Source of the DNA: a virus
Direction: 5' to 3' (one strand)
Virus record (IMG/VR): IMGVR_UViG_3300038701_002504
Span: 83,235-109,508 of that record
DNA length: 26,274 bases
The notes below the pieces were generated by a model. It did no database searches, had not been told where the DNA came from, and saw only the letters and a list, made by a program, of their open reading frames with translations. Made by a program: the position numbers and the translations under genes. Shown piece by piece: positions 17,935 through 24,628 of this stretch (the first letter of the stretch is position 1; each line of letters begins with the position of its first letter).

Positions 17935-18930
17935 TAGTTCATCTTTTATTTTATCTCTCATATAACACAACTTTTCTAGTTTTATCATATCTTTAATATT
18001 TTTATTTTTATCGTATTTAAATACTTTTGATCCTTCCAATAGTTTATGTAGCTGTGTCATTTCGCCAGCTTTAAGCTTTTTCTTATCCAAAACAACATGC
18101 GAAATGTAATCTAATTTAAATGACTCAGAGTTTTTAAATGAGAACTTTTTATAACACTCCATATAGTCAAGAGTTGGAATGCCAATGATATCATATTGTG
18201 TTTGTTCTCTACCATACATCATAAAAGTACTTTCTTCTATGATGCCAAAAGGTGATAGAGATTTAGCAAAATCTTCACCAAACAATCTCATCAATCTTCG
18301 AATAAGATACACATGGTCGTAGCCGTTAATGTTCCAACCAGTGATAACATCCATTTTGAGACGTTGCCACGTCTCTACAAATTTAAGCAGAAGATCGCGT
18401 TCATTATCACATTTAATGTATATCACATTTTTTGTGACGCCTTCACGGTCAAGAATTTCTTGAATAGGCTCAGCATCCTTAAGACCAAAGCAATACAACT
18501 CATTGTCAGACATCACACCGATTGAGATTGACGTGATCTCTTTATTTGCTGTTTTGATGTCGGCATAACCACCATCAGAGTCAGTTTCAATATCGTAATT
18601 ACCGATACGAATTACACTATTATCAGATTGGAGATCTTTATAATTGTCATAGATCCATACATAATCGAAGTATGTAGATCCATATAGGTTATATCCATCA
18701 ATTCCTTCATGATCACGAATAAACTGACGAGCTTCGAATGGCGATTTAAATTGCTTTTTCTCAACATAATTTCCATCCATGTTTTTGTATGGAGTTTTTT
18801 CCACCGAAGGAATAAACATATATGGATGTATTTTAATCTCTTCGTTAAATTTAATGCCGCCCTCATAATATGAAATTAATAATTTCGATTTCGATTGCTT
18901 AAAAAATGTGTAAAATTTACTTTTTGACAA
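17914..18930 (-). CDS. 43: DNA polymerase gp43, N-terminal fragment (NTD, ExoI, ExoII)
   Basis: YDIETD, ITGWNINGYD, LSPFG, LDYMECYKKF...SFKLDYIS; TTG start with AAGGA SD. Confidence 0.93.
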   Translation of the reverse strand: MSKSKFYTFFKQSKSKLLISYYEGGIKFNEEIKIHPYMFIPSVEKTPYKNMDGNYVEKKQFKSPFEARQFIRDHEGIDGYNLYGSTYFDYVWIYDNYKDLQSDNSVIRIGNYDIETDSDGGYADIKTANKEITSISIGVMSDNELYCFGLKDAEPIQEILDREGVTKNVIYIKCDNERDLLLKFVETWQRLKMDVITGWNINGYDHVYLIRRLMRLFGEDFAKSLSPFGIIEESTFMMYGREQTQYDIIGIPTLDYMECYKKFSFKNSESFKLDYISHVVLDKKKLKAGEMTQLHKLLEGSKVFKYDKNKNIKDMIKLEKLCYMRDKIKDELLNRTDK

Positions 18931-18948
18931 ATTTTATCCTTATAATTT

Positions 18949-19011
18949 TATAAATAATATGAGTCGCGGATTGCAGTCCCACTCATTCTAACACTTAAGG
19001 GAGTATCAGCT
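18949..19011 (+). promoter_or_regulatory. Late promoter plus structured 5' leader of the GIY-YIG gene
   Basis: TATAAATA (18949-18956); ATGAGT...GGAT-TGCA-GTCC...ACTCAT hairpin; AAGGGAG SD. Confidence 0.6.
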
Positions 19012-19725
19012 ATGAGTATTTATACAGTATATCAAACTACTAATCTTGTAAACAACAAATTTTATATTGGTGTTCATAAAACAGATGATCCGCATGATGA
19101 TTATTTGGGTTCTGGGAGACTGATAACTAGAGCAATAAAGAAGTATGGACAAGAAAACTTTGTGAAAAAGATTCTATTTATTTTTGATAATAGAGAAGAT
19201 GCTTATGATAAAGAGAAAGAGCTTGTTAATATAATACTGCTTGAAAATTCATTATGTTATAATATGAAGGAAGGTGGGATAGGAGGAAAACATTCCAAAG
19301 AATCACGAGAAAATATATCAAAAGCCCAAATAGGTAAAAAACGTAATAGTGAGGCATGTGCTAATATATCAAAAGCTTTAAAGGGTAGAAAAATATCTAA
19401 CAAACATAAAGAAAAACTATCAAAAGCAGCTAAAGATAGAAAATATACTAGAGAATTTTCAGAAGCTATGTCAAAGGCATTAAAGGGTAATGTTTTAGTA
19501 TCCATGTCTCATTTAAAGTATCACTATAAGTTGATAGACCCAAGCGGAAATATTCAACTTGTTGAAACTGGATTAGTAAAATGGTTAAATGAAAACAATA
19601 TGCCATTAAACTCAATAGCAGTTTTAAATAAGGCCTCTGGAAAAATTATATCCAGAGGCATTTTTAAAGGATGGATATCAATTAAGTATTTAATTCCTCC
19701 AGATCATAGCCAAGATACATTCTGA
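19012..19725 (+). CDS. Free-standing GIY-YIG homing endonuclease (Seg-like) with NUMOD3-like repeats
   Basis: VYQTTNLVNNKFYIGVH, YLGSG, AIKKYG..NF, E...YN..GG; repeated ISKA.KG units. Confidence 0.92.
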   Translation: MSIYTVYQTTNLVNNKFYIGVHKTDDPHDDYLGSGRLITRAIKKYGQENFVKKILFIFDNREDAYDKEKELVNIILLENSLCYNMKEGGIGGKHSKESRENISKAQIGKKRNSEACANISKALKGRKISNKHKEKLSKAAKDRKYTREFSEAMSKALKGNVLVSMSHLKYHYKLIDPSGNIQLVETGLVKWLNENNMPLNSIAVLNKASGKIISRGIFKGWISIKYLIPPDHSQDTF

Positions 19726-20302
19726 CATATTTATACAGCGTAACCAAATCATTAATTTCGAAAGCTGTAAAATTATGTTTACGCTGCATATATCCGGGAC
19801 ATGTAATACACATATAAGCATCACCGTAGATTGATTGAGGGACATTGTCTGGGATACTCTTCACAATGAAGATGACCTTGTCCTTGATTTTCTGTTGTGT
19901 CATATTTCCAATATTCCACTTGCGAGTCCATGAAGAATCAAACCCGGTGATATTCTTCACATCGCCCTTCACAAAAATACGATCTGATCCAACATAAATC
20001 TCTTCGGGGGGAGCATTTGCGATAAAGTCTTTCTTGTATTCAATCGCTTCATCATTGGAAATATTGTCAATAAGAATATGACTTTCCCAACCTTCAAAAT
20101 TGGTATTGATAAGCGACATCATAAATCCACTTTTCAAACCGCGAGCATCTCCGCCTTCAAGCATTTGCTTATGTAGATGTTTTGCTCGGGAATAATTTGA
20201 TGACATTGATGAGGATTGCTTCACTGTATCTGTGTTGTAAATACCAACATAATACAGATTTCGCGATGGGTTTGTGTGGAGAACGACTGATTGAAGTTTC
20301 AT
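19682..20302 (-). CDS. Hypothetical early protein, possibly a degenerate GIY-YIG domain
   Basis: GAGG SD, own early-type promoter; LHTNPSRNLYYVG...EAIEYKKDFI. Confidence 0.7.
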   Translation of the reverse strand: MKLQSVVLHTNPSRNLYYVGIYNTDTVKQSSSMSSNYSRAKHLHKQMLEGGDARGLKSGFMMSLINTNFEGWESHILIDNISNDEAIEYKKDFIANAPPEEIYVGSDRIFVKGDVKNITGFDSSWTRKWNIGNMTQQKIKDKVIFIVKSIPDNVPQSIYGDAYMCITCPGYMQRKHNFTAFEINDLVTLYKYVRMYLGYDLEELNT

Positions 20303-20328
20303 AGTGATTTTCCTCTGTTGATAATGAT

Positions 20329-20356
20329 AATATACACTATTTTAAGAGGATGTACA
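20329..20356 (-). promoter_or_regulatory. Early promoter (variant -35)
   Basis: TGTACA-N16-TATATT followed by atcattatc, as at the other sites. Confidence 0.6.
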
Positions 20357-20797
20357 CTAAATTCTTTCAAAAATTACACCAGTTTCTTTATACATTGCTG
20401 ATGAATGTTCGAATGATTCACGCCATTTTTCAGGCAATTCGTGATCTCCAGGAAATGTGTAAAACACTTTTTTAATTCCTGATTGAATGATTGCTTTCGC
20501 ACAATCACAACACGTTGGAAGACCGTAGACATAAATCTCAGAACCTTCTAATTGAACACCATTTTTAGCAGCATTAAGGATCGCATTTAATTCTGCGTGA
20601 ATCACATACCGATATTTAATATCTCTATCATCTAGGCGAGCATTATCCTCAATACCTTCGGGAAATCCATTATAGCCTGTTGAAATGATTCTGCGATCTT
20701 TTACAATTACAGCTCCAATTCGAGTTGATGGATCCTTCGACCAAGTTGAAACTTGCATCGCGATCTTCATAAATCTGGTATCCCATTTGGTGATCAT
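20357..20797 (-). CDS. cd: dCMP deaminase
   Basis: SKDPSTRIGA, GYNG, HAELNA, PTCCDC. Confidence 0.93.
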   Translation of the reverse strand: MITKWDTRFMKIAMQVSTWSKDPSTRIGAVIVKDRRIISTGYNGFPEGIEDNARLDDRDIKYRYVIHAELNAILNAAKNGVQLEGSEIYVYGLPTCCDCAKAIIQSGIKKVFYTFPGDHELPEKWRESFEHSSAMYKETGVIFERI

Positions 20798-21132
20798 AAT
20801 TTCGACCTCATCTCAACAATTCTTTTATCAATATCAGCTATTTTATATTTTGCTTCTTCTAAAGAAGTTGACTCTTCAACTTCTTTATCAAAATCATTTA
20901 CTAACTCTGTTATATAAAAAATATCATCACTTGAAATTATTCTTTTTATGACAAGAAATTCTTGTATAACTTTTTTAGTTTCATGTTTGACAATATCACA
21001 CGTCATAGGTTCTTGTTTTACTTTAACACGAAATATATTATCATATGGATCTCTAGAGTCAACGCCTTTTAATTGCCATGAAATTTTAAATCCTGATTTT
21101 AATGGAATCATGTTTATGTAAAAATCACTCAC
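20794..21132 (-). CDS. Hypothetical protein
   Basis: 4-nt overlaps with both neighbours. Confidence 0.7.
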   Translation of the reverse strand: MSDFYINMIPLKSGFKISWQLKGVDSRDPYDNIFRVKVKQEPMTCDIVKHETKKVIQEFLVIKRIISSDDIFYITELVNDFDKEVEESTSLEEAKYKIADIDKRIVEMRSKL

Positions 21133-21794
21133 TTTAAGTAATCCTCAATCATATTGAAATGGCGTTCATACACATGAAGCGAAGATGTCTGCCAATAGAT
21201 ATTACCCTTATCAACTTCAAGATCATCACACATCATATTTAGAACATGATCTTGCCAATATCTATCATTACGATATCCGAAAACCACATCACAGGAGCGC
21301 ATCTGTACGGTTGCATGTAGCTTATCATCGCGAATGACATAATTCACTGCATTAGTGCAAATAAAATCGTTCTTGCCATTTTCTTTATACTCTTCCCAAA
21401 TAGATGGTCGATTATAAACCATTGTAGCTCTTCGAGAATCACGATTTGTTTGTAATTCAAAGACTGCTTCAGCATACTGAGAAAAATAAATTGGTGAAAA
21501 AATCAATTTACCATAATTAGAATTGATATTACCATATTCATCCGCAGAATATTGCCAGGCTTTTGGTGGTTCTTTATTTGAATAGATATCATTGATATTT
21601 GTTGAAAGAGAGTGATACCAAAAAATCTCTTTTTCCATATAATCACGGTTCAATTCACCGAAAATTGATTCTTCATCAGCAAGAAATGATGTTCCAACAA
21701 GCTCAATTGTCTTTTGTCCTGTTTTGTCCATCACGAATTCATTATTTTGATATTTAGACGCAAGTAGTCTTCTAATGTCTTTCACGTTATACAT
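21129..21794 (-). CDS. 42: gp42-like dCMP hydroxymethylase (thymidylate synthase fold)
   Basis: DKTGQKTIE, INSNYG, DSRR, DFICTN, MRSCDVVFGYRND, SLHVYERHF are collinear with T4 gp42 as recalled. Confidence 0.85.
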   Translation of the reverse strand: MYNVKDIRRLLASKYQNNEFVMDKTGQKTIELVGTSFLADEESIFGELNRDYMEKEIFWYHSLSTNINDIYSNKEPPKAWQYSADEYGNINSNYGKLIFSPIYFSQYAEAVFELQTNRDSRRATMVYNRPSIWEEYKENGKNDFICTNAVNYVIRDDKLHATVQMRSCDVVFGYRNDRYWQDHVLNMMCDDLEVDKGNIYWQTSSLHVYERHFNMIEDYLK

Positions 21795-21803
21795 TAATTC
21801 TCC

Positions 21804-22184
21804 TTATGAATTTCTGCTATTTTTAGTACTGCCGAAGCGTCCTCTTGAACTGTTAAGTTCCTCAGTTGTAGGATGAGGATGAGGATGAGTATATTGTTCT
21901 TGTCCATCAATTTTACCACGCTGCCAAGCAACACCGAATGATGCGTAATTAATTAAATCCTTTAAAGAATCTTCAATACCTTCAAAGTTTGCTTGTTCAC
22001 CACCTTCAGTAAGAGATATAATACGCAAATATTTAGCATTGATAATATCCATAATTGAATCCAATCCACGAGGATAATACATTGCCTGTTTCACGCGTGA
22101 ATTGGGATTCTGGTAATCTTTTCCTTTGCGAATTTGGAGTTCAATACATTCGCGAAGAACTTTCACAGATTCATTTTCTTCCAT
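21804..22184 (-). CDS. DUF1599/Nmad1-like nucleotide-modification-associated all-alpha protein
   Basis: KGKDY, K..R, EGIEDSLKDLINYA; adjacent to the gp42-like gene. Confidence 0.7.
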   Translation of the reverse strand: MEENESVKVLRECIELQIRKGKDYQNPNSRVKQAMYYPRGLDSIMDIINAKYLRIISLTEGGEQANFEGIEDSLKDLINYASFGVAWQRGKIDGQEQYTHPHPHPTTEELNSSRGRFGSTKNSRNS

Positions 22185-22193
22185 AATGTCTCC

Positions 22194-22328
22194 TTAAATA
22201 TAACGGCCAGCAATACGTGGAATATCTGAACGATTAATTCCAATATCCTTCAGTTCACGATCACTAAGTGACATCAATTCATTTCGTGTATTGCGCACAC
22301 GTTTCATGCGTTCAAAAAATTTTAACAT
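22194..22328 (-). CDS. DUF1127 (YjiS-like) small protein, 44 aa, absent from the ORF track
   Basis: Hand translation MLKFFERMKRVRNTRNELMSLSDRELKDIGINRSDIPRIAGRYI; AAGGA SD. Confidence 0.9.
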   Translation of the reverse strand: MLKFFERMKRVRNTRNELMSLSDRELKDIGINRSDIPRIAGRYI

Positions 22329-22816
22329 ATATGATTTCCTTCTTTTTGATTTTCTACATAGGTATTTATACAGTTAATGCAATCTGACTCGTATTCAATA
22401 TTACCATATTGATCCTTGATTGTGTAACGATATATCTTTTCTTCTTTACATTTTGAAACATTTGGAATTTTTTTGAAATTGCCGGCCCAATAACTAAAAG
22501 TTTTGTTATATTCACCTTTAATTTTATAATTGGTATTTCCATATGATGATTTTAAAACTTCATATACAGGATAGTTTTTAAACTTATGAAGATATCGATA
22601 TTCATTCGTGAGACATTTCACATAAAAGAGCGGCTCATCCACAACATCGATAACTGGATCAGCATCAAAAAAGTTTACAGGATATTTGCGAACAACATTA
22701 TCTAAATATACATTGTAATATTTTTTACTATAGTTACTGACAACATACAATTCATTTCTTAAAATCATACCATCAGCAGAATTTCTAACAGCATAGACTG
22801 CGATTTTTTTAGACAT
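22322..22816 (-). CDS. Hypothetical protein, possible tandem SH3-like beta domains
   Basis: Two units of pattern V.(C/A)..N...L....Y.V...Y.(V/I)......Y....F. Confidence 0.65.
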   Translation of the reverse strand: MSKKIAVYAVRNSADGMILRNELYVVSNYSKKYYNVYLDNVVRKYPVNFFDADPVIDVVDEPLFYVKCLTNEYRYLHKFKNYPVYEVLKSSYGNTNYKIKGEYNKTFSYWAGNFKKIPNVSKCKEEKIYRYTIKDQYGNIEYESDCINCINTYVENQKEGNHIC

Positions 22817-22955
22817 TAATTAGCCTTTCATCTACAATTTTGATTGAAGGATCGAAAGAAAACAACATATTCTTCCATTCAACAATGTCCTTCTTAATAT
22901 TCACAGGAAAAACAGCTTTCATTTTTTTATTGTTTACTACAAAATCAATTTCCAT
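22809..22955 (-). CDS. 48-aa hypothetical protein, absent from the ORF track
   Basis: Hand translation MEIDFVVNNKKMKAVFPVNIKKDIVEWKNMLFSFDPSIKIVDERLINV; TAAGGAG SD; follows a promoter. Confidence 0.7.
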   Translation of the reverse strand: MEIDFVVNNKKMKAVFPVNIKKDIVEWKNMLFSFDPSIKIVDERLINV

Positions 22956-22978
22956 TACGCACTCCTTATTAGATAATT

Positions 22979-23007
22979 ATTCTATCATATTATTCATGCA
23001 TTGTAAA
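22979..23007 (-). promoter_or_regulatory. Early promoter
   Basis: TTTACA-N17-TAGAAT just after a terminator. Confidence 0.65.
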
Positions 23008-23010
23008 TAG

Positions 23011-23034
23011 AAATAAGGGCCGAAGCCCTTATTT
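23011..23034 (-). terminator. Intrinsic terminator with cUUCGg loop
   Basis: - strand AAATAAGGGC-TTCG-GCCCTTATTT-CTATTT. Confidence 0.85.
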
Positions 23035-23056
23035 ATCTTATCTTTTAAGTACTGTA

Positions 23057-23422
23057 TCAGTCACCGGTTTCAATTCTGACCGTTTTAACTCCGTCTGTTA
23101 CAACAATAACACCATTTGCATCGACATCTACAACTGGCCGTTCTCTAAACTCGTGAAGATTAAGAAGATCTTTTCGATAATCTTGGCCCTTGTATTCAAA
23201 GATACCAATTAAACCGGCATCAACAGGATAATCAAATCCATCACTTCCTCGATATACTCCATCTCCATAAAGTGTTGATACAGCATCAACATCATTATCT
23301 TCAAATTTATAAGACGACAAATCATTTTCGAAAAAGTTTGTCTCTAATAGACAAGACATCCATTTATTATAGTCATTGAAGATATTATTGTAACACGGAT
23401 CGCCGATAAGATACTTCTTCAT
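23057..23422 (-). CDS. Hypothetical phage protein (GDPCY...YGDG.Y...VDAGLIG)
   Basis: AAGGAG SD; motif set recalled from other phage hypothetical proteins. Confidence 0.8.
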   Translation of the reverse strand: MKKYLIGDPCYNNIFNDYNKWMSCLLETNFFENDLSSYKFEDNDVDAVSTLYGDGVYRGSDGFDYPVDAGLIGIFEYKGQDYRKDLLNLHEFRERPVVDVDANGVIVVTDGVKTVRIETGD

Positions 23423-23448
23423 GATATAATCTCCTTGTTAACTGATGA

Positions 23449-23691
23449 TTAGAAGAGATGCTTTGTAGCATTCCACTTCTTAGCAAAGCCGAGATAACCA
23501 CGAGCCTTACCAGTTACATCATACTTGTTGTTTGGACGACCACGTCCATCACCTTCCTTCACACGAAGGATTTCAACGAAGCCTTCCTTTTCCAGAGTGC
23601 GAAGATGGTAATAAGAAGGAAACTTGCCTTCCTGGATACCCTTGAGAGTGTTCACCATCCAAACCTTGTTGAGAGTCTTTGACTTGTTCAT
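23449..23691 (-). CDS. Small winged-helix-like DNA-binding protein
   Basis: YHLRTLEKEGFVE...GRGRP..KYDVTGKAR; GGAG SD before ATG 23691. Confidence 0.7.
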   Translation of the reverse strand: MNKSKTLNKVWMVNTLKGIQEGKFPSYYHLRTLEKEGFVEILRVKEGDGRGRPNNKYDVTGKARGYLGFAKKWNATKHLF

Positions 23692-23721
23692 GATATAATC
23701 TCCATTTGTTTCGATAAGAAT

Positions 23722-23751
23722 AATATACACAAAATTCAAACAAATGTAAAC
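23722..23751 (-). promoter_or_regulatory. Early promoter
   Basis: GTTTACA-N17-TATATT with extended TG. Confidence 0.7.
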
Positions 23752-23758
23752 TGTTATT

Positions 23759-24442
23759 TTAGATTTTTATGTCAATAAATTCATTTACGTTTAGACATAT
23801 GAAACGAGTATCAAGCAATGACATATCAAAAGATGAGTGCCAATGCCCGAAACACCAAAGTTTAGGTTTATGGTTTTCCCACATATTCTGAAAAGCTCTA
23901 CGAGTGAGACTTTTATCAGGAAGTTTAGTCATATTATTCACTCTACATAATACGTTTGAAACTTCTTCAGGACATTCATGAGTAATCATAATTGTTGGTT
24001 TTACTCTCATATATTCATCGAAAAAATGTAGAAACTCTGAATAAGAGCATTCTTCATCTGGCCACCATGAAACTCCCTCTGTTCGATATGCTCTATCGAT
24101 TGAAGCAGCACCACCGATATACATGATTGTTTCATCGCCTACATATTCAACAGTTCCATCTTCAATGTAATTTGGTTGTTCTCTGCATACTGCGGGATTG
24201 TCGTGATTTCCGCGAATAAATCTATATCGAATATCAGTTACTTCATTTGGAACAAAACCCATTCCATAATCGCCAACCTGTACAACATTTTCGGCATCGC
24301 CTATGATACGCTTATATGAACCAAAATTACCGTGAATATCTCCTACTAATCTAATATCATAGGCATCTTCACAATAATCGCATACTGTTCCTTGATAGCA
24401 TAAATCATGTTGATTTACACATTTATAATCTGTTGGTATCAT
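23759..24442 (-). CDS. Metallophosphoesterase with N-terminal Cys/His module
   Basis: GDIHG, QVGD, RGNHD, GGAASID, THECP, FGHWH. Confidence 0.9.
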   Translation of the reverse strand: MIPTDYKCVNQHDLCYQGTVCDYCEDAYDIRLVGDIHGNFGSYKRIIGDAENVVQVGDYGMGFVPNEVTDIRYRFIRGNHDNPAVCREQPNYIEDGTVEYVGDETIMYIGGAASIDRAYRTEGVSWWPDEECSYSEFLHFFDEYMRVKPTIMITHECPEEVSNVLCRVNNMTKLPDKSLTRRAFQNMWENHKPKLWCFGHWHSSFDMSLLDTRFICLNVNEFIDIKI

Positions 24443-24628
24443 TTACCATCCTTGTCTTTTATCTGCTGCTCTGCGAATTGATCGTTCTTGCATTATGAGT
24501 TCGTTTTCATCTTCTTTTAATTGTTTATAATATGGTCGCATATCTTTTAATGGTGCTTCCCCACATAAAGAACATCCAGCTAACCATTCTCCACATAGAG
24601 AACATATGAAAGTGCCATCTGTTATCAT
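24443..24628 (-). CDS. Small Zn-finger protein (two CSLCGE)
   Basis: ATGA overlap with the aaRS-like stop gives start 24628; two CxxC motifs. Confidence 0.65.
   Translation of the reverse strand: MITDGTFICSLCGEWLAGCSLCGEAPLKDMRPYYKQLKEDENELIMQERSIRRAADKRQGW

Noticed and set aside
17051-18033. Group I intron, split intein or ribosomal bypass in gp43
   Set aside because: The endonuclease is antisense and only ~65 nt are non-coding, with no recognisable intron core; no Cys/Ser block A or His-Asn end; the ~760-nt gap is far longer than the gene 60 bypass. Not formally excluded without RT-PCR.
15359-18930. gp43 pseudogene
   Set aside because: Both halves are uninterrupted, retain the catalytic motifs and have plausible starts
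18924-18946. TTGACA...TATAAT sigma70 promoter
   Set aside because: Spacer is only 11 bp
19270-19490. Repeated ATATCAAAAGC-like units as a possible array
   Set aside because: Coding NUMOD3-like repeats; no CRISPR repeat-spacer structure
15682-19735. Intragenic minus-strand TATAAATA at 15682-15689 and 19728-19735
   Set aside because: Inside coding sequence and far from a start codon; expected by chance in AT-rich DNA
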